DNA of 20,000 nt from an uncultured delta proteobacterium (GTDB taxonomy: Bacteria > Desulfobacterota > Desulfobacteria > Desulfobacterales > SG8-13): assembly GCA_963848135.1 (NCBI GenBank), contig CAWKCK010000017.1, positions 1,391,605 through 1,411,604 on the forward strand, in the 5' to 3' direction. Shown piece after piece: positions 1 through 7,827 of this stretch. The stretch's first letter is position 1. Each line of letters starts with the position of its first letter. Position numbers and translations under genes: made by a program. Under the pieces are notes generated by a model, which saw only the letters and a program-made list of their open reading frames with translations, was not told the origin of the DNA and made no database searches.

Positions 1-1298
1 GAGACCTTGACGAAATCGCCGTTAAGGTTAGGGGCCGTGGTGTAAAGTTCATCTTTATTGATCTCATCCTGGTTGGCCTGATAGGCAATAAGTGAACTGT
101 CGGGTGCCCAGGCAAACGCCCGCACATCCTCACCACCGACAAGCTCATCGCTGACTTTCCGGGGTGATGTTCCCGAAGCATTGTCGGTGTATAGCTCAAA
201 AACCCCGACAGTGTCTTGATCGGCGATATAAGCGATACGAGAGCTGTCCGGTGCCCACCCAAAATTGCCGACCGTACTGTTGTCAAAAGTCAACTCTGAT
301 ACCAGAATCGGCGACTGGCTCCCGTCGGCAAAAACAGTGAGCAGATCGAACCGCTGATCGAGAAATTGATCGGCCCGATAGGCAATGCGCTGGTCGTTCG
401 GCGCCCACTCGAATCCCGTCACTTCTCCCAGGGTCTGCAATGTGCCGGAAAGGGACACGGGTGTTGGAAAAACAAATGCCGCATCGGCGACAAACAGCTC
501 GTTTATACCGACAGTGTCAACTTCAGCGGTAAATGCAATCAGCGAGATGCCCGGGGACCAGGCATAATCGGAAACAGTGGCAATAATCGAACCTGTTCCG
601 GGGGTGTTGGAGAGTTGATTGTTGTCCTGGTTAAAGGGGCGGGTAGAAAAAAGATCGAGTTTTGTTGGCGTACCCTGGATGACATTCTGGGTGTATGCGA
701 GAAGCAAACGGCTCGGCGACCAGGCAAAATCTCTGACTTCTCCATCCGGGTTGGGAAAAACAGAAACTCTGACCGGTGTCCCCCCTGTCGGGGATACTGT
801 GAACAATTCGATATTACCGACCGTGTTGGGAACCGGGTTGAACGCCCGAAAAGCGATTGTAGAGCTGTCAAAGGACCAGGCAAAGTCCTCCACTTCGAGA
901 ATGTTGGTTGACTGCCGCGACACATTTTCTGGCGTTCCACCCTCAACGCGGACGACGTAGAGTTCGAATTTTCCGAACACTTGCTGATCCGCCTTATAAG
1001 CGACTCGCTGCCCGTCGGGTGAAACGGCAAAGTCAACCACCTGGCCGCCGTTTACCAGCGTTCCAGATAATTTTTCTACCGTTATGGCGGTACCGTCATC
1101 AATCGAGACGTAAAGCTCGGTGGTTGTGGCATCGTCCTTTTGAGCCAGAAAAACAACCGCGTCGACAATCGTTGTGCCACCGCCGCCACCGTTCGATTCA
1201 TCCCCATCGCCGCCGCAAGAGATAAGTAAAAGCAAAGCCAGAGAAAGCAGTCCTGAAGACATCCCGGCAACTCTCTTATTAAGGCACGTCATTTCCAT
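1..1298 (-). CDS. Lipoprotein with TolB/PD40-like beta-propeller repeats (3' end runs off the window)
   Basis: Missing from the ORF track because it is open to the window edge. Manual translation from ATG 1298 gives MEMTCLNKRVAGMSSGLLSLALLLLISCGGDGDESNGGGGG..., with lipobox LISC and a Gly-rich linker. Seven blades of about 50 aa follow: DFAVSPDGQRVAY, DFAWSFDSSTIAF, DFAWSPSRLLLAY, DYAWSPGISLIAF, GFEWAPNDQRIAY, NFGWAPDSSRIAY, AFAWAPDSSLIAY, each followed by an (E/D)L-hydrophobic motif. No stop before position 1. Confidence 0.88.
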   Translation of the reverse strand, partial: MEMTCLNKRVAGMSSGLLSLALLLLISCGGDGDESNGGGGGTTIVDAVVFLAQKDDATTTELYVSIDDGTAITVEKLSGTLVNGGQVVDFAVSPDGQRVAYKADQQVFGKFELYVVRVEGGTPENVSRQSTNILEVEDFAWSFDSSTIAFRAFNPVPNTVGNIELFTVSPTGGTPVRVSVFPNPDGEVRDFAWSPSRLLLAYTQNVIQGTPTKLDLFSTRPFNQDNNQLSNTPGTGSIIATVSDYAWSPGISLIAFTAEVDTVGINELFVADAAFVFPTPVSLSGTLQTLGEVTGFEWAPNDQRIAYRADQFLDQRFDLLTVFADGSQSPILVSELTFDNSTVGNFGWAPDSSRIAYIADQDTVGVFELYTDNASGTSPRKVSDELVGGEDVRAFAWAPDSSLIAYQANQDEINKDELYTTAPNLNGDFVKV

Positions 1299-1717
1299 AT
1301 TTTCATCCCTTCGATTTGGTGCGGTCCCTTATCAGGGTTTTGCAGAGATTATTTGATGCCGTATCGCAAAGTACAATCTCTTTTCAACCACATTACGACA
1401 GCCATTCGTATCTACAGCTAGAATACCCGGGCTCAAGCGAGATTGACGGCCAGGAGCGACCATCCCGGAATTTAAATTTATAATGGTTATTCTAATCATT
1501 AAAAACAATAATTGCAAGCGTTTATAAAGTATTGCAGGCCGCAGTATTTGTATATACGACGGCACCTTTTCTTTTCACGGTAAGAACAAAGGCAACGGCG
1601 CCCTGATCCACCGGTAGATACGTGAACTCTCGCCACTCCCAAACTATGCGTTGATTACAGTCGGTCCTCGCTGTCATTGCATCAGAACAAATCTAAGATA
1701 GATGACCGTGTTTCCGT

Positions 1718-1746
1718 TTGACACGCGGCAGCGGCTCAATTATGTT
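1718..1746 (+). promoter_or_regulatory. sigma70-type promoter of the 1787-2392 gene
   Basis: TTGACA (1718-1723), 17-nt spacer, TATGTT (1741-1746), 40 nt upstream of ATG 1787. Confidence 0.6.
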
Positions 1747-1786
1747 TAAGATAGTTCATTTTCCTGCCTACCGATATGAGGTCATC

Positions 1787-2392
1787 ATGAAAAGGTTTCA
1801 TGGGATAATGGTCGTTTTACTGGTTTTATCGTTTCCTGCACTCGGCATCGCGGAGATCCCGGATGAAATCGCCGGATTCAAACTCGGCGGAAATATTGCG
1901 GAATTTCAGGATCGCATCAAAATGGACACGGCGTTGCCCCTGCGCTACTCCAACTACATCGAAGAAGTCGAAATTCAGCCTGTGGAGGGATTTAAAAACG
2001 GTCTCCTGTGGTTCGGAAAATGCACCGCCCCCGGGCGTATCGTCAGAATTCGCCTGAAATACGCCGATTCATCGAAAAAATTCTACAACGAACTTCTGAA
2101 GCGTTATCGAGGTCGATTCGGGAAGCCGACAGAATGGCGCGGCGACCCGTTTCACATCGTTATCTCCTGGAAATGGTCGTTTGTGGATGATCAAAATAAC
2201 CGCATCAGCATGATCCTGGATCACAATACCCGGGATGAAGAAGAATCCTACGGCAACACGGTCAAACTGACCATGTGGAACCTCATCGATGAGGAACGCG
2301 AGTGTTCTAAAAGAAAAAACGCAGACCGTCCTGCCCAGCCGCGAAAAAAGGCGTCAACACAGGCGGATTGGGAATTACTTCTGCCCCGTTGA
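1787..2392 (+). CDS. Secreted/periplasmic hypothetical protein
   Basis: Same frame as ORF 1718..2392. Start moved to ATG 1787, which has a GAGG RBS and a signal peptide MKRFHGIMVVLLVLSFPALGIA; the track's TTG start coincides with the -35 box. No family recognised. Confidence 0.8.
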   Translation: MKRFHGIMVVLLVLSFPALGIAEIPDEIAGFKLGGNIAEFQDRIKMDTALPLRYSNYIEEVEIQPVEGFKNGLLWFGKCTAPGRIVRIRLKYADSSKKFYNELLKRYRGRFGKPTEWRGDPFHIVISWKWSFVDDQNNRISMILDHNTRDEEESYGNTVKLTMWNLIDEERECSKRKNADRPAQPRKKASTQADWELLLPR

Positions 2393-2439
2393 TTCTACGG
2401 ACGTTACTATTTCGATTGAGATAATTCGTTGGGTATTAT

Positions 2440-2474
2440 AAAAACGGGGCTGCCCGGAATCCGGACAGCCCCGT
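2440..2474 (-). terminator. Rho-independent terminator (minus strand)
   Basis: Minus strand reads ACGGGGCTGTCCGG-ATT-CCGGGCAGCCCCGT then TTTTAT: a 14-bp stem with one G-U pair and a U tract only on the minus strand. Confidence 0.85.
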
Positions 2475-2773
2475 GATATGGAACTTTCTGCCTGCTGCTT
2501 CGGGGCCGCTAGCCACTCCGCATTCAGTGAAGCCATCGTCCGCTCAGATCAATCGAATAGGCTAATAGTCAAACAGGTAGAGAGCTCGCTCCGCTTTGCG
2601 CGACCCACAGACAGGATTTCCCGCATTTGTACTTCAGCTTCGGCTCTGTCGGACTTCAGAAATCAACTCCGGTCAATAGTATTGTCCGGTTGATTGCGGA
2701 AAACCAGGTTCCATATTATCAACGCCCTTTTCGCCAACCGCCCACAACGGTGTTGAAAACCACCAAGTGGCGC
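2440..2773 (-). ncRNA. Candidate structured non-coding RNA, family not recognised
   Basis: Nested helices: ATATGGAAC (2716-2708)/GTTCCATAT (2484-2476); GGTTTTCCGCA (2705-2695)/TGCGGGAAATC (2625-2615); hairpin at 2694-2662; GGGTCGC (2606-2600)/GCGGCCC (2509-2503). G-U pairs work on the minus strand only. Bounded by a sigma54-like promoter and a terminator, with no convincing ORF. Confidence 0.6.
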
Positions 2774-2783
2774 ATCAATCCAA

Positions 2784-2799
2784 AGCAAAATCCGGACCA
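2784..2799 (-). promoter_or_regulatory. sigma54 (-24/-12) promoter of the candidate ncRNA
   Basis: Minus strand TGGTCCG-GATT-TTGCT versus consensus TGGCACG-N4-TTGCW, with GG and GC correctly spaced. An AT-rich tract and an IHF-like site TTTCAG-ATTG-TTA (2829-2841) lie just upstream. Confidence 0.6.
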
Positions 2800-3137
2800 T
2801 CTTTTCGTATTATATTTATAATAAATATTTTCAGATTGTTATAACAATGGACGATTCGAAATTTGGATACCATCTGACGGGCAGCGGCAGGTAAAATGCC
2901 AAATTACGTCAACAGGCGGCGGGAAGACAAACGATATGAAGGAAAAAAAATACACTCAATCTCCTTGAATATATGTGGTTTTATCAAATTATGCCGCAAT
3001 TGAGTCAAATTTGAAGAAAAAATCCTACAGTCACGGATTGGCTAGGCCCTTTTTCAACATTCATCAAACATATGACCAACCCGATAATTATCGGTTCACA
3101 GGGCTGCAATGTCTAATGTACCTCAGGCCACAGAATT

Positions 3138-3245
3138 GTAAGCGTTTACAGGGTGCCGCAGATGCAAGGCGTCGGGCGCGCAGACGTACTTTTGTACTTC
3201 AAGTGCCCGACAACAAAGCAGATGCGGTGCCCTGTGAATGCTTAC
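3138..3245 (+). repeat. REP/MITE-like long hairpin element (GCAGATG...GCAGATG type)
   Basis: 23-bp terminal inverted repeat GTAAGCGTTTACAGGGTGCCGCA / TGCGGTGCCCTGTGAATGCTTAC whose 4 mismatches are all G-T on the plus strand. Inner stems GTCGGGCGC/GTGCCCGAC and GTAC-TTTT-GTAC. Confidence 0.75.
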
Positions 3246-3292
3246 CCCGATAATTATTATCAACATCGATAATCACCGACGATTAGGCCGAA

Positions 3293-5461
3293 TCAGGCGC
3301 CCATAACTTCACCGATGCTGCCGGACAACTGCATCAGGCTGAAAGGTTTTCTTAAAAAATTACCGGTTTCGGCTGTTAAGTCTTCTTTCAAATATTGAGC
3401 CGGAAGGTCTTTGCCGGTCATCATGAACTTCACTGCCGGATCGATCATCTTCATATTGGACAAGATCTTACTGCCGACCACCTGCGGTATATCCGCGTCG
3501 AGGATCACCAGACAAATGTCGTCCAATTTCAACTGGAATACTTCAAGTGCGCGCAAGCCGCTATCGGCCTTTAGCACACTGTAGCCCAGTTTTTTCAACA
3601 TCTGCTCCAACACATCGAGTACGGCGGAGTCATCACCGACGGTCAACACGGTTTCCCTCTTGGCGGGTTTGGCCCTTGTATACGCCTTATGCTCCACCAG
3701 CCTTGTTTTCATTGCAGGTAGAAATACACTGAAGTTCGAGCCTTTCCCTTTGGTACTTTGAACGGTGATAAACCCATTGTGGTTCTTTACGATACCGTAG
3801 GCCGAAGCAAGCCCTAAACCGGTTCCCTTCTGCGGGCCCATTTTTTTGGTTGTGAAAAACGGTTCGAACACGCGCTCCATTGTAGCTTTATCCATGCCAA
3901 TGCCGGTGTCAAGGATTGACAACTTGACGTATTTTCCTGGCTTATACTTCTGGTTTTTCAGAGAATTCTTGTCCAAGACGAGGTTTTGCGTCCGAATATG
4001 CAGCCCCCCCCCATCGGGCATGGCATGAAGGGCGTTAACGACGATGTTCATGATGATCTGTTTTATCTTGACAGGATCGACCTCGATTGGCCATAGGTTC
4101 TCTTCATATTTCGTATGGACATGGATATTCTGCCTTGTCTTTTCAAAAGTCTGGATCTGCTCCTGGGTAAGTTCGTTCAGGTCGGCCACCTCCATCCCCA
4201 CAGTTCCACCCTTGGCGAATCCGAGCAGTTTTCCTGTCAACTCATTGGCATTGTTGATATAATTCTCAATTGACAAGAGATGGTTGAAATAGGGGTGCAC
4301 GTATTCTGAGTTCGAAAGCATAATCGACACGTGGCCTTGAATTCCCATGAGAATGTTGTTGAAATCGTGGGCAATTCCACCAGCCAATGTTCCCACGGCC
4401 TCCATTTTCTGGGCCCGATAGAGGCGATATTCAAGCAGTCTTTTCTCCTGTTCGGCGCGCTTGAGTTCGCTGACGTCATGCACGACGACGGTGGCCGATT
4501 TGGGTTTACCGAATTCGTAATGTTTCCTGTCATTGATCACAGCCCAGAAGACTTTGCCCTCCTTGTTCCGAATTTTGAACTCGGCTGATTCTGACAGTTC
4601 CGTACCCCTATAAATCTTGGTCAATCGCTCGAAAAACAGGCTCCGGCTGTCCTCGGTAAAAATCTCGTAACTTTTCATGCCCAGCAATTCCTCACGGGTA
4701 TAACCGGTCAGATTGCAGATGAGATCATTGGCCCGGACGAACCTGCCGGTCCGTAGATCGACCTCGTAAATACCAGCCGGTGCATATTTAACCAACTGGC
4801 GGTAGCGCTCTTCACTTGTTCGCAGAGATTCCTCGGCCTGCTTTCGGATCGTAATGTCCTCGATCACACCGTCGATCCAGATGAGGCGCCCATTGTCATC
4901 CGATTTCACAGCGGCGGAGCACGACACCCAAAAAGACTTTCCACTGCGTTTTCGCATCATGAGCTCCCGCCCGCTGATGTGCCCCTGGTTAATAATGTCG
5001 GCGATAAAGTCCTTCATTTCCAACGGATTCAAATAGAGGTCAGGTATTCTGGTGTTCATGAAATCGTCGACGGAGCGGTATCCAAAAATTCTGGCCGCAG
5101 CCGGATTGGCGCGGACGATACGGCCAGCGGGATCAATGGTACATCGAAAAACACCCGCTGTTAAATTTTCGATGAATTCGCGGTGGTCATCTTCGCTCTT
5201 CAACAGGGCGTCGCGGGTTTTTTTGAGCTTGTTAATCGTCGTTTGTGCATGGGCGCCGAAGATCAGCAGAATGCACAACACGATGACCCGGGTGTAAATT
5301 TCATAAAGGTCCGGGCCGAAAATCTCGGCCACGATGTTGTATCTGTTGGAAAAAAATATATTGAGTATGGAGTCGAGAACCCAATATATAATGGCAATGG
5401 GAATCCCGGCCAAAATCATCGAATCCATACCTCTCGCGTTTTTTTGCGCGTCTTTCTTCAT
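3293..5461 (-). CDS. Hybrid sensor histidine kinase/response regulator (2 TM - PAS - PAS - HisKA - HATPase - REC)
   Basis: H-box GGIAHDFNNIL, N-box NIVVNALHAM, G1 DTGIGMD, F-box FEPFFTTK, G2 GTGLGL. Two PAS/PAC units ending in DIT and DVS. C-terminal receiver with LVILD and KPF. Confidence 0.95.
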   Translation of the reverse strand: MKKDAQKNARGMDSMILAGIPIAIIYWVLDSILNIFFSNRYNIVAEIFGPDLYEIYTRVIVLCILLIFGAHAQTTINKLKKTRDALLKSEDDHREFIENLTAGVFRCTIDPAGRIVRANPAAARIFGYRSVDDFMNTRIPDLYLNPLEMKDFIADIINQGHISGRELMMRKRSGKSFWVSCSAAVKSDDNGRLIWIDGVIEDITIRKQAEESLRTSEERYRQLVKYAPAGIYEVDLRTGRFVRANDLICNLTGYTREELLGMKSYEIFTEDSRSLFFERLTKIYRGTELSESAEFKIRNKEGKVFWAVINDRKHYEFGKPKSATVVVHDVSELKRAEQEKRLLEYRLYRAQKMEAVGTLAGGIAHDFNNILMGIQGHVSIMLSNSEYVHPYFNHLLSIENYINNANELTGKLLGFAKGGTVGMEVADLNELTQEQIQTFEKTRQNIHVHTKYEENLWPIEVDPVKIKQIIMNIVVNALHAMPDGGGLHIRTQNLVLDKNSLKNQKYKPGKYVKLSILDTGIGMDKATMERVFEPFFTTKKMGPQKGTGLGLASAYGIVKNHNGFITVQSTKGKGSNFSVFLPAMKTRLVEHKAYTRAKPAKRETVLTVGDDSAVLDVLEQMLKKLGYSVLKADSGLRALEVFQLKLDDICLVILDADIPQVVGSKILSNMKMIDPAVKFMMTGKDLPAQYLKEDLTAETGNFLRKPFSLMQLSGSIGEVMGA

Positions 5462-5580
5462 TCCCTAATCCTTGCCTAAGAATTAAACACAATACAATTC
5501 AAGCGAAAATGCCCGCCGACAGCCTCGGGGCATCAATACCGAGCCGTTAACATTTTAGGAATCCGCCCGAGAAATTAAAG

Positions 5581-5596
5581 TGCAATAACCATTCCA
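5581..5596 (-). promoter_or_regulatory. sigma54-type promoter upstream of the histidine kinase
   Basis: Minus strand TGGAATG-GTTA-TTGCA, about 120 nt upstream of the start codon. Confidence 0.55.
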
Positions 5597-5662
5597 AAAA
5601 TCCAGTGACGCTGTCGCGTTTCGAAATCTACTTTTGAATAGGGGAATAATCTTGGATGGTCA

Positions 5663-6853
5663 CTAGTTCGTCATCAGGTGGGCAACGGCCTTCTCGAGAC
5701 CGTCGATGGACAATTCGAACATGGGAAAGATCTGCTCGATGACTTTAACTGTTTGGGTGTAGGACCACATGTCTTCAGTCATGGGATTAAGCCAAACCGA
5801 ATGAGGAAATGTCTTGGTCAGAAATTTGAGGCACTCGATACTCGGTGTTCCACTGCGCTCCTCAATGTGGATCGAGCCATCGGCGACCATTAACTCATAG
5901 GGTGCCATGCTGGCATCACCGACAACGAAAAGCCTGGTCTGGGGGTCTTCAGCGGCAAATTCCTCGATCCGTTTCGGTTTGCGGAACCTGGCCGAGTCTT
6001 CCCAAAGAGTGCTGTAGACCGTGTTGTGAAAGAAATAGGTCTTCAGATCCTTGAACTGCGAGCGGGCATAATCGAATATCGTCTGCACAACGGAAATATA
6101 GGGATCCATGGAATACCCGCCGTTGTCGATGGCCAAAATGATTTTGAGCCGATCCTTCAGACTGCGTTCAAAGACTATTTCAATCTCCCCGCCGTTCTTC
6201 ATGGTCTGGTAGAGCGTCGCATCGATATCGAGCATGTCCTTGGGGCCCACCGGAACCAGATTGCGCAACCGCTTCAGGGCCTCGCCCACCATCGGTCGCG
6301 TCAGCGGCCCACTGAGGGAATAATCCCTGTAACGCCGATCCATAGCGACCTTAACGGCCGACTTGTTACGGGATACACCGCCGACGCGCATTCCCCCCGG
6401 GTGGACACCCGAATGTCCCACGGGTGAGGTCCCGCCGGTTCCGATCCATCGGCTGCCACCGTGATGTTCGCCGGTCTGATCTTTGAGACGCGCTTTGAAA
6501 TATTCGATCAATTCATCCGGACTCAAGCGGCTCAGTTCCGATTCGTCGATACCCAGGGCCTCGGCCAGCGCGCGGGGATCCTTGAGCCAGTGTTCCAGCA
6601 TGTTTCTGGCGATATCATCCAACTCGACGCCGGTGTAATCCGGCAGTTCAGCTCCCTGAAAGTGATGGGCAAACGCCTGGTCGTAGAGGTCGAAGTATCT
6701 CTCGCTTTTAACGAGGATTGTACGGGACGCCGTGTAAAAATCATTTAGGGAGTTCACCAGATCGGATTGCAAAGCCCGGTGAAGGGTTAGAAAGGACGTC
6801 GGGCTAACAGGAATCCCGATATCTTTGAGTGTATAGAAAAAATCAACAAACAT
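5663..6853 (-). CDS. VWA domain-containing protein (CoxE-like), partner of the MoxR ATPase
   Basis: MIDAS-like IDNGGYSM, YFFHN, VGDASMAPYEL, WLNP and the Gly-rich WIGTGGTSPVGHSG motif. Lies directly downstream of a MoxR ATPase. Confidence 0.88.
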   Translation of the reverse strand: MFVDFFYTLKDIGIPVSPTSFLTLHRALQSDLVNSLNDFYTASRTILVKSERYFDLYDQAFAHHFQGAELPDYTGVELDDIARNMLEHWLKDPRALAEALGIDESELSRLSPDELIEYFKARLKDQTGEHHGGSRWIGTGGTSPVGHSGVHPGGMRVGGVSRNKSAVKVAMDRRYRDYSLSGPLTRPMVGEALKRLRNLVPVGPKDMLDIDATLYQTMKNGGEIEIVFERSLKDRLKIILAIDNGGYSMDPYISVVQTIFDYARSQFKDLKTYFFHNTVYSTLWEDSARFRKPKRIEEFAAEDPQTRLFVVGDASMAPYELMVADGSIHIEERSGTPSIECLKFLTKTFPHSVWLNPMTEDMWSYTQTVKVIEQIFPMFELSIDGLEKAVAHLMTN

Positions 6854-6879
6854 AGGGACAATCCTGGCTTAGGAAAATA

Positions 6880-7734
6880 TCAGTACAACCGCCTGCGGCG
6901 AATGTACTCGGTTGTTTTCCGGAGGTCCTGGCTTTTTTTGAACAGCACGCCAAGGTAAGGAATCTCGCCTTTAGCCAGCTTTTTGGGCCTGAAATCCGGA
7001 TCGGCATTGAGGGCCCGGATCCAATTGATGAGCTCACGGGTTGCCGGTTTCTTTTCCACCCCGTCCAACTCGCGCAGATGGTAAAAGGCCGTTACCGCAT
7101 GTTCCATCAGCTCCGATTCGAGATCGGGGAAATGAACGCCGATAATGTTGCGCATCATCTTTGGCTCCGGAAAGGCGATATGGTGGAAATTACAGCGCCC
7201 CAGGAACGGGTCCGATAGGTCTTTCTTGGCATTTGAGGTGATGATGATCACCGGTCTGTGCCTGGTTTTGACGGTTTTGTCGATTTCGATAATGTCAAAT
7301 TCCATCTGATCCAGAACATCGAGCATGTCATCCTGAAAATCGGTTTCGGCTTTATCGATTTCATCGATCAGCAATACGGTTCGGATATCAGCCGTAAAAG
7401 CCTGCCCTATTTTTCCCATGCGGATGTACTCTTCGATGTTGCTCACATCCCGACTGGAGTCGCCGAAACGGCTGTCGTTAAGCCGGGTGAGTGTATCGTA
7501 TTGATAGAGCGCTTCAATCAGTTTCATGCTCGATTTGACGTTCAACACCACCAGAGGCATTTTAAGATTCTCGGCGATGGCATGGGCAAGCATTGTTTTC
7601 CCGGTACCCGGCTCCCCTTTAAGAAGAAGCGGCATTTCAAGGGCCATAGAAATGTTGACGATACTGGCCAACTCTTCATCGAGAACATACCGGGTGGCAC
7701 CGGTAAAGCGTTTGGAATTGTTTTCTGTAGTCAT
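6880..7734 (-). CDS. MoxR-family AAA+ ATPase (CoxD-like)
   Basis: Walker A GEPGTGKT, Walker B LLIDEIDKA, sensor-1 IITSN, and the KKPATRELINW motif. Confidence 0.92.
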   Translation of the reverse strand: MTTENNSKRFTGATRYVLDEELASIVNISMALEMPLLLKGEPGTGKTMLAHAIAENLKMPLVVLNVKSSMKLIEALYQYDTLTRLNDSRFGDSSRDVSNIEEYIRMGKIGQAFTADIRTVLLIDEIDKAETDFQDDMLDVLDQMEFDIIEIDKTVKTRHRPVIIITSNAKKDLSDPFLGRCNFHHIAFPEPKMMRNIIGVHFPDLESELMEHAVTAFYHLRELDGVEKKPATRELINWIRALNADPDFRPKKLAKGEIPYLGVLFKKSQDLRKTTEYIRRRRLY

Positions 7735-7749
7735 TCAATCATACCTTCA

Positions 7750-7827
7750 ATTCAATGACCTCCGGCAAGGTCGGAGGAAGGGTTTGTGAACCACTCCAGC
7801 AAAGCTGGGAGGTCACCGATGGTTATT
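7750..7827. mobile_element. Degenerate non-autonomous IS200/IS605-type remnant (fused end hairpins), copy 1
   Basis: ATTCAATGACCTCCGGCAAGGTCGGAGG...TGTGAACC...CCAGCAAAGCTGG...ACCGATGGTTATT. The first 19 nt are identical to 9132-9150. The hairpins resemble IS200-family subterminal palindromes as I remember them; this was not searched. Confidence 0.6.

Noticed and set aside
366..1356. Plus-strand ORFs (366..911, 619..960, 908..1225 and others) and minus ORFs 539..1036 and 1082..1270
   Set aside because: They are shadows of the real minus-strand propeller lipoprotein gene at 1..1298.
2476..2716. Known RNA classes for the ncRNA candidate (group I intron, 6S, SRP, tmRNA, RNase P, c-di-GMP/c-di-AMP riboswitch, hammerhead)
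   Set aside because: AAATGCGGGAAA and GACTA resemble group I P and R elements, but there is no S partner and the order is wrong. The fold is branched rather than a 6S rod. There is no SRP helix-8, tRNA-like end, GAGGAAAGUCC or CUGAUGA core. Judged by eye only, so Rfam is still needed.
2478..3253. ORFs 2478..2693, 2627..2821 and 2975..3253
   Set aside because: No convincing RBS or recognisable domain; they overlap the structured RNA, its promoter and the hairpin element.
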